DNA of 64,000 nucleotides from the human T2T-CHM13v2.0 reference genome, Homo sapiens: assembly GCF_009914755.1 (NCBI RefSeq), contig NC_060931.1; one strand, given 5' to 3'. Positions 12,869 through 26,277 of the stretch are shown piece after piece; the first letter of the stretch is position 1, and every line of letters begins with the position of its first letter. A model generated the notes under the pieces. It was not told the DNA's origin and searched no databases. It saw nothing but the letters and a program-made list of their open reading frames with translations. Both the position numbers and the translations under genes were made by a program.

Positions 12869-15800
12869 CTAGGGGTCAGCAAGGATGAGGGTCAAAGATC
12901 AGGCCCAGGCTAGCCATTGACAGTGCCTGTCTGCCCCCATCCTATCCTATCACTCATCCCTTACTCCTCTTAGTACAGAGAGGGAGAACAAGGAGGGAGA
13001 TGCCCATGGCCACATGGAGCAGCAGCAGTCTGGCCTGGGCTGGACCGAAGAAAGGCCTCAGAAGTGGCCCAATGCAGTGTTGCCTCCTAGGCAGGGGTCT
13101 GCTCTGTCCATCCCTCAGCCCCCAAGGCTGTCTCCTCCTCAGGCTGGGATGTGTCACTGTCATGGGGCTTGTGTCCTTCTGTCAGCAAAGCTGGGTGGGG
13201 GGTGGGTTCCATTAGTTGTTCATTCAACCAACAAATATTTGCAGAACACCTACTGTGTGTCAGGCCCTGGCTGGGGGACCTGATGGGTGTCCTTCAGGTA
13301 GTCCCAGGCCAGGTAGGGATCCTCTAGACTTAGAAAGTGCAGAAGGAAGAGGAGGCAAATGCATGATTTAACTTTGTTTCCCTGTCACACAGGTAAGCAG
13401 GCACTTGCAACGAAGAGCATTAGGTTAATACGTGAGAGAAGTGCCTAACCTGGATTCAGGAAGACAGGGAAGGCTTATTGGGAGAGGTAGCATTTTGGGG
13501 CACCCAGAAAGATGAGTAGGGACAAAAGAAGGGACCATAGGGCCAGCTTAGGCACTCACTAGGGAAGATATGTGATTGTTGCAATAATGGCAATTCCATC
13601 CAAAAGATAGAAAAGCACCCAGGATCCCGTCTCCTAAAAAATCATCAGAGTGGGTGCTGGATGTGCACGGATAAAGTAGATGTGGGCATGTGCACCCGTG
13701 AAGGGACCATCTTCTGGTGGGAAAGATGGATAGGATGTACAGTTTTACGGCATGTACGATTTACTGAGGAGGGCAGGGGTAGCATCACAGAAGAGGTCAT
13801 GCTAATGTGGGTTTTGAAGGGTGAGTAGGAGCTTGCCAAGCTGATCAGGCCAGGAAGGGCATTCTAGTTAGAGAGCACAGCATGTGCAAAGGCAGAGAGG
13901 CTGGAAAATGCATGGTGTATGACTGAACGAGAGCAATTCACTCTAAATTCTAACGCTTGGCCCCATTCCTCCCAAGACCACTCCTTTTCTTGCTCTATGG
14001 TCAGCGTGTGTGTGTGAGTACATGCACACACGTGTGTGACTTTTGTGCCCCTCCCAACCCTGAGATTCCTGATTCTGGGATTCCAGAAGACACTGCTCCA
14101 TCAGTGTGCAGCCCCTTCTCTTCCTGCTGCCTGTCAGATGTACTCTTCCTGGCAGCTGGGTCAATGTTTGCCCCAGGATGTCCCCAGGGGCCAGAGCCCA
14201 AAAGCCCTCAAACATCACGTTCTCCACATTGGGCTCAGTCCATTTCCTGTGCTGGGACTGGAAGCTGCATGCTCAGCCCTCACCACGTCAGCCTGGAGCT
14301 TCTAATGAATGACCCCACCTGCTCAGACAGGAGAGTGCTGCCCCCTGCACCCCTCCCGGAAGCCTAGGGTGAGGCAGACACCACTTGGAGGCACTCACTG
14401 CACCTGTGTTCTGCCAAACTCCCACCCCACGAAGTGAGGTAGAGAGGGAAATGCAGGGGAGCAGGTGTGTGTGTTGTGTGTGTGTCTCGGCACTGTGGGG
14501 GCCTCCTGAGCTGTCAGCCAGGAGTTCTGGCCTCTTGGCCTGCAGGACAAACACTGGGGGCCATGGTCTTGCTGTCCACATATCAAGGGAGCTGCTGAGA
14601 GTTCCTCAGCTCCAGCTTCTCGGGCATCAGGAAGACCTTGCTGACCCCGTGAGCCACTGCCAGGGGTTGGGGGGCTGGGGAGGGGAGGGAACACTCCAGA
14701 CACTGAGACCTTCCAGGAAGAATTCTCAGGCCATACTTTTGGCTGGGTCTGGGGACAGTGAGGGCTCTAGGTCTGACCCATCACCCTCTTTATGGCGCCC
14801 ATCGCCCTTGTTTGAGAAGCAGCTAGTAATGCCCTCTGTGGGAGGGTTCCCAGTGAATCCCAGCCTCTGGAGGTCAGGGTACGGGCAACCCAGAGGCATG
14901 CAGTGTCCACGGTGCGCCCTTAGGCAGATGCAGCCATTCCATCTCAGATGTTAGTGCCTTCTCTCAAAGCCCCTGAGCTGTGACATTTGTAGCCCCATCA
15001 CTGAGGTGATCTCCTGTTTGACTTTACCGGGGTTTCTGACACATGCTTTGAACCCATGATGGGGTCAGGGCATCCTCCCCCAGGACTCAGGCAATGTGGG
15101 ATGGTCCTTGCCTTGGATTCTGTGGTCTCAGGCTGTGGCCATCTTCTGGCTGAGCAAGCACTTTGTGGGGAGTGGGCACAGGGTTACCATACTCTGCAAC
15201 TGATGCTTGCTCTTTGGGTCTGGGCAAAATTTGGTACAGGCATATCAGAAGTAATTTTTGGAGTAATCCCAGATCCTGGCTTCATCTCCTATAACTTCTC
15301 TGCTGGCCCCAAAAGCTGACACAGCCAAAGATACTCATTCTCTTCAAGGGGCTTGTTTGGGTGGATTTGACTCAGTCCGAAGTCGTAATCTACCATGCAG
15401 GTGTCAATTTTGGGCAGAGCCCCTAGTGGTGGTGGTGATGGGTGGGCAGGGAGGAGGAGGAAAGAGAGGCTGCTGTCCTCAGAAAACACATGGTCCAGGA
15501 AAGTCAGGGACAGACATATCTTGGATAATCCCATTCCAAGGACTTGAGAAGAGCTGTCAGAGTGGGTAGAGTGCACACATCCCAGTGTGCAGAGTTCTGG
15601 GGATGCTGGGCTTAGCTGTGTGGCCTTGGCAAGCCACTTAAGTTCTCTGAGCCTTGATCTCCTCATCTTTAAAATGGGGATAATACAAATCCCACAGGAT
15701 TTTGTGTGCATTCAACAAATTACTGTAGGTCAAGAGCCTGGCACGTAGAATGCGCACGCTGAATGGTGACTCTTGGCAAGGACTTTAGGAGGGGGCTAGT

Positions 15801-16719
15801 TAGAGAGCTCAGTGATGGGAGGTCGAGTCCCCTCATCGGGACTCCCAAGGCCCAGCTCAAGCTCTTCCTGCCCAGAAAAGCTTCCTGGAAACCCTGTGCC
15901 CCCCTTCCCCAGCTCTCCAGTCAGTGTGGGACTCCGTTTGCCCTCAGCAGCTTTCCCTCGGACAATGGGCCCCTGAAGGTGCAGCCTCCACCTCCCTCAC
16001 TGAGCTCGCCCCTCAGCGGTGCTCAGTGAATGCTCATTGAGGAAACCGAAGGCCGTTCGGCGAACTGGACATCGGAGCGGAATCTAAAAGGATGGAAGGA
16101 CTTGGGCCATAGGAACAGCAGTAAGAAGAGGAGAAAGTGACCCAGGTAGAAGCTGAGAAAGCAAACCCTCAGAGGCAGGCGAGCCCAGGGCCCACACAGG
16201 AAACTGCACCATCTGGTATGGAGGTGCCAAGAGAAGAAGAGGGGAGACAGGCAGGAAGGGGAGGCTTCTTTCACGTGAAGTCAGCACTTACTCTAGTGCT
16301 AGACCTGCCTCTAAATGCCCTACAGAAGACAGCGGATTGAATCCTCACGGCAGTCTCTGAGGTAGCTGCAAATAACCCCATTTCACAGATGAGGCTGCTG
16401 AGGCCCAGGGAAGCGAAGTCACCCACCAAAGGTCCCACTTCAGGTAAGGGGCAGAGGCAAGATTCAAGCCCAGTCAGTTGGTAGGTTATGGCTTGGTCAG
16501 GTTCCCATGGGAAGAGCTGATCCTGGGTGAGGAAGTGAAGACCTGTGGGTCACGGATGCTGAGAGGGCCCCAGCCCCAGACTGGGTGGCTGTGGGGCTCA
16601 GGAGGCCGCTCAGGTGAGAAGCCCCTCTCTTGCCACAGAGGAACAGGGGCCTTGGAGGCAGACACGTGGGTCACGGGAGGCAGACCCAGCCAGTGGGCAG
16701 GACCTTGCACAAGAGAGAT

Positions 16720-17495
16720 GAGGAATTATAAATATTAGGTCTTAGCCCCCAGTTCCTGACACAGAATCCCTAAAACCTTTGGAATTTCCTGGGTGACAGG
16801 AGTGTCGTTAGTTCTAATGAGGTGACTCTTGGTGGGCTGCCAAATGCAGCTGGTTACCAGAGAGACCAAGCCATGGTTAGAAGGTTGGAGCTTTCAGCAC
16901 CTTCCTACACCTTGGGGAAGGGAGACGGGCTGGAGATTGGGTTAATATGCCTCTGTAATGGAGCCTCCGTGAAACCCCTCAAAGGTGGGATTGGGGGCTT
17001 CTGGTTGGTGACCACCTGGTGGTGCGGGGAGGGTGGCATCCAGTGAGGGCACGGTGCTCTGCGCCCTCCCCACAGCTTGGCCTGTGTGCCTCTCCATCTG
17101 GCTGTTCAGCTATATCCTTTGTGATAGACTTTAAAATAAACCTGTAAATAGAAATGTTTCCTTGAGTTTTGCAAAATGTTATAGCACATTATTGAACCCA
17201 AAGAGAGGGTCATGGGAACTTTTGATTTATATAGCCTGTCGGTTGGGAGAATGAGAAGCCCTGTCTTGCGACTGGCATCTGAATTGGGGGCAGTCTTGTG
17301 GGACTGAGGCTTTACCTGTGGAGGCTGATGCCAACTCCAGGAAGATAGCATCAGAATTGAATTGAATTGGAGGACACCCAGTTGGGGTCCCCAGAGAAGT
17401 GGAGAATTGCTTGGGGCAGAAAATCCACACTTTTGGTGTCAGAGGTGTGTAAGAGTGTAGAGAAGAAATGGAATGTTTTCCTGTTTCCATTTTTC
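16720..17495 (+). mobile_element. MER21-family LTR
   Basis: Recognised MER21 motifs (GAGACCAAGCCATGGTTAGAAGGTTGGAGCTTTCAGC; GCATCAGAATTGAATTGAATTG). Edges approximate. Confidence 0.7.
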
Positions 17496-18339
17496 TTTCT
17501 TCTGAGGGGAACGTCTTGGACACCTGTGCTGATTAGCTCTTGGCTGTTCTAGGGCAGAGAGCTCTCCACCATGCACACCCCAGCCCATGAGACTGACTGT
17601 AGGCTGTGGGAGCACAGGGTCCACATCTGTGTCCCCAGTCCCCAGTTCAGAGCCTGGCACACAGCAGGTGCTCAATAAATGTTTGTCAACTGACTGACTG
17701 CTTGGATGGATTAATGAAACCATGGCCCCCTCAGCCAGGTAGAGCTACATCCCCACCCCTAATCCCGGGAGACCAGGTTGTGGGCTTTTCCTGCTTGTTA
17801 TATTTCCTTCTCTCTGAACTTTGCTCTGAGCCTAGCCTGTGTGAGGGCCCAGGTCCTGGTTCCCGCCTCTCAGTGCCTGGCATGGGAGGCCCTCACCTTA
17901 GAAGAGGCAAAGGAGAGGCCCTGGCTGGGGAAGGATGCAGGAATGAGAGCCAAGACTCCAGCTGCTCTTCTTCCACCTTGGGTCCTATCCAAACAGAACC
18001 TGTGCCCGGGGCCCCGACAGGCCTCAAAGGTATCGCCTCCCTGGAACCTGGGGGTCTGGCCCAGTCTAGTGTTCCCTCCAGGGCCTGGCGACAAAGCTTC
18101 TGTCTAAATTTAGCCCATGGTATAAGCTGGGGAGATTTACAGGACCATGTGTCCTGGGCCCAGGCTGCCAGGGACCGGAGGGGAATGGGGTGAGCTCCCT
18201 CCCTGCTTTCTCCCTCTGCTTCCCAAGGTCAGAGAAGGACTCAGCTGGGAGGGGCAGCATTCCACCCCATGTTTGCTTTCATTCAGTGGATTTCATTGAG
18301 CCTGAGCTCAGGCCCTGCCCCTTAGGGAGCACAGAGTTA

Positions 18340-18690
18340 GAGGAAGGAGCAAGAGGAGAGGGAAGAGAAGGAGAAGGCTTGGAGGAGAAGACTGGAAAAG
18401 AGGGGAGGAGGAGTGCAGAGGAGTAGGAAAAGGGAAGGGAAGAAAGGAGGAAGGAGGAGCAGGGAGGAGAGGGGATGATGAGGAGGAGAGAAGGGGTCAG
18501 AAAAGGGAGAGGGGGAGAATGGGGAGGAGAGAAGGAAGGAAGGGGAGGAAGAGGAGTATGGGGGAAGGAGGTGGAGGAGACTGGGAAGAGAAAGGGGAGG
18601 AGGTGGGGGAGGAAGGAAGGATACAGGAACGGGGAGGAGGGGGAAGAGGGGAGGAAGGTGGACATGAGGAAGGAGGGGGAGGACGAGGCA
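18340..18690. repeat. GA-rich polypurine low-complexity tract
   Basis: About 350 nt almost entirely G/A on the plus strand. Confidence 0.9.
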
Positions 18691-19629
18691 GTCAGGCCCT
18701 GCACAGACATAGGGGGCAGAAATGGGAGCTGAGACTGGCCGAGGGGCGGGCGAGGGGTGGGGTGTCAGATGAGGGAAGTGGGTCATTGTTTTCTGGCGTG
18801 TTCAGGCAGGCTCCTTGGAAGAGGAGACTTTAGATACTCAGTTCTAACTTGTAGGGTGTTGGATGTTGAGTGAGAATCCCCTTGGCCTCCTGGGCAGCTC
18901 CCAGCGGCTTTCTTGTTCCTGAGTCTGTGCTCGGCCAAGTTCGTCTTCCTAGGATGCCCCACTCTTCCTTCCCAGTTCCCCTCCAGCTCCCCCGGGAGGC
19001 TTTAGGCCTCTCCTCATTCTGCTGTTCTCTCTTCTCTCTGAACGCCCATGAATCCCTCTCCCCTCAGTCCTGCTTGTCTCACCTGTGCCGAGCCCTGGGC
19101 CCTGAACACTGACTGGAGTAGGAGGGGGAAGGGGAGGGGAGGGAGAGGTGACTTGGCCCAACATAGGGGCAGGAACTGGCCAGCAGGAGGTCCCGTAGCA
19201 GGCCACTTGGCCTAAAGCTATCTCCTTAATTATCAACACATCTAATGTCCAGTTTGCATAAAAGTCACATCTCTTCTGATTTGTTTTGGAGTCTGTCCGA
19301 ATGTCCTAAAAATAACTTGACATTAAAATTAAATAACATTAAAATTAAAATTTTGTTAAAGGAAAGGAATCTGGAGTCAGGCTGTGGGCCGGAATCCTGG
19401 TCCTGCCACATACCAGCTGAGCGGCCCTGGGCACGTGAGCTCACCTCACTTCCTCATCTGCAAAATGGGGAGAGGATGGTTTTAACTCAGGGCGTTGGTA
19501 TGAAGGTAAAAATAGGTGAGGTGCATCAGTGCCCATGATAGGCCCTGTAGGGCTGCTAAGTAAAATAAAATAAGCTTATTGAATAATCTGTCCCCCATGG
19601 GTTTGCAATGACTAAAAATTAGAATGTTG

Positions 19630-20020
19630 AGAAAGACAAACATCGCATGTTATCACTTACTTGTGGGATTTAAAATTCAAAACAATCGCATGGAGATAGA
19701 GAGTAGAAGAATGGTTACCGGAGGCTGGGAAGGGTAGTAGGGGATGGGCTAACAGGTACCAAAAAAAAATAGAATGAATACGACGTAGTATTTCATAGTA
19801 CAACAGGGTGACTGTAGTCAATAATTTAATTGTACATTTAAAAATAACTAAAAGTATAATTAGATTGTCTGTAACACAAAGGATAAATTCTTGAGGGGAT
19901 GGATACCCCATTTTACATGATGTGATTTTCTACACATTGCATGCCTGTATCAAAATATCTCATGTATCCCACAAATATATATACCTACTATGTACCCACA
20001 AAAATTAAAAATAAAAATTA
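19630..20020 (+). mobile_element. L1 3' end (L1MA-type), 5'-truncated
   Basis: Typical L1MA 3'UTR ending ...ACCTACTATGTACCCACAAAAATTAAAAATAAA. Probable degenerate TSD AAAAATTAGAATGTTG / AAAAGTTAGAATTTTG encloses both the L1 and the following Alu. Confidence 0.85.
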
Positions 20021-20021
20021 A

Positions 20022-20338
<317 letters not shown>

Positions 20339-23284
20339 TTAAAAAGTTAGAATTTTGGAAGAAGTGACTGTAGATAAACTAGCTGTAGATAAAATGGTTT
20401 AAATTAAATGAAGTAGAATATGACAGCTAAGAAGATAAAGAGTAGTCCCATAATTCTTAAAGTGCTGCAAATTTGAGATTTAGGAGGAATACAGAATTAA
20501 GTAGCCATTGCCCTCAGACAGATTTAAAAAAAAAATACTGAAACACCAACAAAATGGCAAAACTAGAGACTAAATTAGCTAGTGAGGCTAGAAAACGCTC
20601 AGAAGGGAGTTGAATTTTTGGGAAAAGTCATTCAATGCATTAGCTGCTGGCAAATGGCCCTGGAGCCCCGGCTCTGCAGACCCTCAGTGTGTGTATGTTA
20701 GGGGACACTGTGGACTCGGTCTTTGGTGTGAGCCGGACAGGTCAGGGAGGGTCCAGGGACTGCCAGGGACTTCTCTGTGTTCTGTTCTCTTTGTTGAGCC
20801 TTCTTGGGGCAGATGGGCCCACCAGAAGCCAGGACCTGGGGCAAGAGGTCACAGAGGCACCATCCTGAGACCCTGGGGGGTGTCTCGCTGTCCAAAGCTC
20901 CAAGGAGCTGGACTTAGTCAGCAGGGGCTGAGAGGCTCCTGTGATCTTCACAGAGTGGGAGGCAAGTGGCATTGCTGAGCCTCTTTAAACTTGTTTCCTG
21001 TCTGTAAATAAGTGGTCCCACCTTCCCGGTGTTTGAGTAAGGCGCCTAACACCACTTAACAGCTGCTAGATTACCACCTGCCTCCGGACCAGCTTCCCAA
21101 AGGCCTCCACGGGGAATAGGGAGCACCAGGGTCAAGGCTGGGTGGGTTCCTCCAGGCTCTCAGTGTGCCCTGGGCCAGGGCATCCTCTTCACTCAAAAGC
21201 ACCAGCTGGAACCCTTACAATTGCAGATCAGACCAGGCACCTCCCCTGCTCAGAGAGCTCCCCATGTCCTCAGATCCCACCAGGACCCATACAGCTCTGC
21301 AGTCTCCCACATAATGTCTTTTCAGGGTTGGGGCCCTGGGGCCTTACCCCCAACCTGCTCCCCTATCCCTTCCCTTGGACTACCCATCTCCAACCCTGCT
21401 ATGCTGCCCACCTCCCACCAGGCTCCCCCATCCTGTCAAGGGCCCTCACACCTACACATGCTTCTTCTGAGCCCATTTACTGGAACTTGTAAACACAGAC
21501 TCCTTTCTTTCCTGCCACACCCGCTTCTGGGCTATAAACACCACAAGAACAGGAACCAGATGAGCGTTCAGACCCTGGATCCTCCCCATGGGCAGTCCTC
21601 CTTAAACACTGGATGAATAACTGAGAAGCCTCCAAGGCTGGGCTCTCCTGGGCTGCCTTCCCTCCCGACTGCCTGCTCCAGGTCTCATCGTCTCAGGACC
21701 CGGGAAAAAGTCCCATTGCCATGAAGGCCCCGTGAGAGGAAGGCTGGGCTTTGGCGTCAGAAAGGCCGAGGTTTAAGTGCTCTCCAGCTGCTTACATGCT
21801 GAGTGGCTGTGGGTAAGTAACTGGTCTCTATCCCACTCCGGGATCCGCAGGAGAGCTAGGCGCAGGGCCTGGGATGACCTCAAGGGACGCTGAGACCACA
21901 GTGTTGCCCTGAGAATCCTAGGGCACCTCTGGAGCAGCCAGCAGAAGCTTCCTCCGTCTAACCAGCTTGGGCGGCTGGCAGCATGGACCCCAGAGGGACG
22001 GGCTGAGGGGCAACCCTTGCCCCAACACTTGGATCTCCTGGAAGGCACCTATCTGGAAAACAAGTGGGAGAGGGCAAGAGAGCTCAAAGCCCAAGATGTC
22101 TTGGGGGCAGAGGGGTGGATGGTGAGCCCCCTGTACAACCTTCACCCATCCCAATTGCAGTCTGCAAAGTCACTCAAAGGACTCAGCAGGTCTGGGGGCC
22201 ATCTGCCTATCGGACACTGACCACAGCTCAGCATACTACCTGCCTCCCACCTCTCTCCTCCACCTGGCCAGGCCCCCAGGAAGGCAGGGACCCTCATGTC
22301 CTCATGCTGTATCTGTGGCGGCTGGCACAAAAGCATAGCTGGCATTCACTGCGTGCTCACACCACACCAAGCATGATGCTGCTTGCTTTACTTGTATTAC
22401 CTCAATGTTCCTCACAACAAGCTTGTTCAGTAAGCACCGTTGTGATCCTCATTTTACTGATGAGGAAACTGAGGATTTGAGTAACCTGTCCAAGGTCACA
22501 CATTAAGCAGCAAAGCAGGGATTTGGATTGGTTTTGTAGGCAATTATCTGTTGAATTACTGTTGAATGTATTATCCTCCTTATACGTATAGGGACACTAA
22601 GCCCCAGAGAATGGTCCCCAAAGCTGGTCTGTGGCAGAGTCAGGACAGCGACAAGCCTCTTAGCTTCCACAGGCACTACTTTCCAGATTGTGAGGCCTAG
22701 GACAGGTCACCCTACCACTCTGAGCCTCAGTTTCCCCATCTGTAAAATGGGGAGAAGGCTGGAGGTGGACCACTCCCACCAGCCTCTCCCCTACTTCTTC
22801 AGCTCTCTTTTGATGGTCGCTCTGTGTCCCTTCTCCCCACCTTCCATCGGTGGCCCCTGACTCTGGACAAAGGCACGGGGTGTGGCTGAATGAAGCTCTG
22901 AGTCTTGAGAAACCCTTGGAGAGGCTGGTTCTCCCAGAGCCCACTCTGTCCCCATCGCTCATCTGGTACTGGGGGCTGCCTGATTCCAGGCACTGAGAGG
23001 AAGGATGGAGACAAGGCAGCAGGGGCAGGAGGCGGCTCTCTGCGGGTCCCTGGGGGTAAGGGTCAGAACTAGGGGTGGGCTGGGGAAAGAAGTCAAGGAT
23101 CTTGCAGGAGAGATGGAGGGGGGTCATGGGGGTGGGGAGAGAATGGATAGGAGACAGGGAATCTTGGACCCTGAGGTAGTCAAGTTCTGGATGCTAGGAT
23201 GTCACCCCAGAACCCTCTGCTTATCCACAGGGGTCTCCCAGTCTCATCCTGGCCAGCCTCACAGTTTCATCTTCCCTTCCCCTG

Positions 23285-23532
23285 CCCCCTCACCCAGGCA
23301 CGGGATCTCCAATTCATCATCAGACACAAGGATCCCCGATCCAGCCCAGCCACCAGGCCCTGAGACCCCCTCACCCAGGCACGGGATCTCCAATTCATCA
23401 TCAGACACAAGGATCCCCGATCCAGCCCAGCCACCAGGCCCTGAGACCCCCTCACTCAGGCACGGGATCTCCAATTCATCATCAGACACAAGGATCCCCG
23501 ATCCAGCCCAGCCACCAGGCCCTGAGACCCCC
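23285..23532. repeat. 81-bp minisatellite, about 3 copies
   Basis: Units start at 23285, 23366 and 23447 and are identical except one C>T in copy 3. Confidence 0.97.
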
Positions 23533-23606
23533 GCCCCTAGTCATGAGAGCTGGGAGCTCCGTGCTCCTGGCACCCCACCTCGTGGACTCCCACTCCCTGC
23601 ACTTAC

Positions 23607-23696
23607 GTATTGGAGCGGCGGTGGGAGGAGGCAGAGCAGGCAGAGGAGGAGGTGTGGGACGTAGAGGAGGCCTGGGGGCCCTGAGGGACCCCTCAT
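23607..23696 (-). CDS. CRHR2: CRHR2 beta exon 1a coding part (MRGPSGPPGLLYVPHLLLCLLCLLPPPLQY), signal peptide
   Basis: ATG at 23696-23694, 90 nt, perfect donor GTAAGT at 23606-23601. Leu/Cys hydrophobic core; recognised CRF2(b) N-terminus. Confidence 0.95.
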
Positions 23697-23859
23697 GCCA
23701 GTAGTGGCTGGGGGTTAGGGACTGGAGCCTGCTGCCCGGCACGGTGGTCACACCCTGGCCAGCCCCACCCCACCCGGCCCTGGAGGGGAGGCCAAGGTAA
23801 GGCCTTGGGCATGAGGAGGTATTCTCCACCCACTTCTTCCACAGGGCAGTGGTGACCCC

Positions 23860-23915
23860 GCCCCACAGCCCACAGCCTCCAGGTTATTTATAGCTGGTCC
23901 CAGACAGCTGCTGCT
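23860..23915 (-). promoter_or_regulatory. CRHR2: Putative CRHR2-beta promoter module: MEF2/TATA element plus E-box
   Basis: Minus-strand CTATAAATAA (23893-23884) matches MEF2 YTAWWWWTAR and contains TATAAA. CAGCTG at 23905-23910. Located about 190 nt upstream of the beta ATG. Confidence 0.6.
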
Positions 23916-24164
23916 ACCCAGCCAGCCAAGGGGCTATGCTCTCCATCCAGCCTGCAGAGAAGGGGTTAATGCCTTCTATCGGCTGCCAGCATTGCCCGGG
24001 GCTGTAGCTCCCCAGGTGGGAGAGAGGAATTGAGACAGGCAGGAGGGGCCTAGGCTGTGGTCCCTGCTTCAGCACAGGGTTGGGCTGCCCTGGGTCTCAG
24101 CTGAACCAGCACTGCCTAACACCTATCTGAGGAGCTTTTAACAGGTGCTAATGCCTACTGGGAT

Positions 24165-24495
24165 GACTGAGATGGGAGTGTGGATGCTGGGTTAGATAGT
24201 ACTGTATCAATGCTACATCTGCTGATTCTGATACTGTACTGTGGGTAGGTAAGAGAATGTTCTCATTCTTGGAAAATACACATTTAGGATTAAAGGGGCA
24301 CCATGTTTCCAACATACTTTCAAATGGTTCAGAAATAAACTCAGATAGATACATAGATAGAACAAGAGAGCAGATGGGGCAAAATGTAAATTGTTGGTAA
24401 ATCTGGAAAAGGGGTATATGGATATGCTTTGGATCATTCTTCCAACTTTTCTGTACGTTTGAAATTCTATCAAAATAAAATGCTTTCAAAAAAAA
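24165..24495 (+). mobile_element. Old L1 (L1ME/L1MC-type) 3' end
   Basis: GAGAATGTTCTCATTCTTGGAAAATACAC ... TCCAACTTTTCTGTACGTTTGAAATT followed by an A-tail. Confidence 0.65.
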
Positions 24496-25913
24496 AAAAC
24501 AAAACCCAACCGACAGCAAATACAGCCATGGCAGGGCTCACCCAGAGATTCCAATGAAGTAGCTTGGGATGGGGCCCAGGTGTCTGTCTGTATGGGGCCC
24601 AGGTTCCATTTCAGGAAATGGCTAGGGATCCTGATATCAGGTGGCTGAGCAGTGCTGTTCTTGGCGGGGACAGGTTCAACCTGGGGCTGGGTCAGGGCTC
24701 ATGAGGTGAGGTCTGTTCTTCCAGAGCCTCAGAAGCCTCCTTAGGAGCTGTTCCTGACAGGTGGGCCTGGTGCAGGGGGTTTAAAAGCTTAAGCCACAGT
24801 TGCACCTTGCTTGTTGTTAGGATCTGAGGGGAAAGCATGTGAGGAATGTGATTAGTGGGGCACCAAACTTTCTCCTGGAGATGCAGGCATGGTGGAGAGA
24901 GACCTTGGAAAACTCAGTCCCGATTTAAGTAACTCAGACACTCTGTGCTCCTTCCGGTCTCCCTATCTAAGACATGGGACACTTTTCTGTCCTTGAGTGC
25001 TTCCTCCCCACCCTCAGCCCCTTCCTCCAGGCAGCCTTCCTGGCTGTTCCAGGTCCCACCTCCCTCTCCTGTGAAATCTCACAGGTCTGAGTCTGAAGCT
25101 CTGCCTCGCTGGTGTGGACTGTTCTCCAAGCTCTGGGAGGATAAGGATGAATGTGGATGTGCCCCAACCTTCCTCTCCTTGTTTTTTCTTCTCCCTTCCC
25201 TCCTATTTTGTACAGAGCTTAGTCTCAGTGGTACAGGGAAATCTTTATAGGAAAAATGGAGGAAGAATTGATCGGATTCCTCATTTATTTGAAGGTGGCA
25301 GGGTGAAAACCCTATCCCAAGTCCTGGGGCAGGATTTGGCTTTCCCGGACCCAGCCAGATGGGCTTGGTCAGAGAGGGCTCCTTGTAGAAGGTGGATACC
25401 TCCTACAAAACATCATAAGCTGGGAAGGACTTTGGGAGCTGGGCAGACTCTGAAAGATGGCTGGGACAGTTCCCTTCAGCAGCCTTCAGCTGTAGGTCTC
25501 CAGGGGCCAGCCTAATAGCAGGCACCAAGAGCAGAGGCCAGCCTCAGAGTGTGCAGGGACATGGGAAGGAGAGGCATGGGGAACCCATGAGACCTGGCAT
25601 CCATAACTGATGGGAGGTGGGACATGGCACAGGTGCTGGGCCAGCTCAGGGGAGTGAGAGGGCACTTCCTGGGAAGGTACTGCAGGAGCACCTTGAAGGG
25701 TTTAAGCAGATGGAGGAATGGGAGACCCTTACTGCAAATGGGGAAGTCTCCTGAGCAGAAGCAGGGAGCAAGGTCTCATGCAGCTGGGAGCCTGGCTGGG
25801 TGGGGCAAGCTGGAGGGAAGCCAGATTCTCTGCAGCTTTAGGAGGGTCCGGGTAGCAGTAGGCACTGTGGTGCTTAGCCCAGGTTCCTCTCTTGGGGGGG
25901 TGTTCTGGGTGCC

Positions 25914-26277
25914 TGTCTTAGCTTGGGCTGCTGTAGCAGAGTACCATACCCTGGGTGGCCTTAACAACAGACATTGATTTCTCTCTATTCTGGAGGCGGT
26001 GATATCCAAGATCAGGGTGCCAGCATGGTCAGGTTCTGATGAGGGCCCTCTCTTGGGTCTGTAGGTGGCGCCTTCTTGCTGTTTCCTCACATGGCAGAGA
26101 TGTTGGACTCTTGTCTCTTCCTCTTCTTCTAAAGGCACTAATTCCATCATGGGGATTCTGCCCTCATGAACTCACCTAACCCTAAACCCTAATTACCTCC
26201 CAAATAGCATCACATCAAGGGTTAAAGCTTCAACTTGGGAATCTGGGGGGTGGGGGCACACAGATTCAATCCATGTC
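25914..26277 (-). mobile_element. MaLR LTR (MLT1A-like)
   Basis: TGTCTTAG...GGCTGCTGTAGCAGAGTACCAT...TCCAAGATCAGGGTGCCAGCATGG pattern. Confidence 0.75.

Noticed and set aside
23285-23532. Regular direct repeats as a possible CRISPR-like array
   Set aside because: The units are head-to-tail with no unique spacers, in eukaryotic DNA with no cas genes.
23005-23664. 219-aa plus-strand ORF with three 27-aa repeats
   Set aside because: It is open only because the 81-bp unit is a multiple of 3 and GC-rich. It is antisense to CRHR2 and has no recognisable domain.
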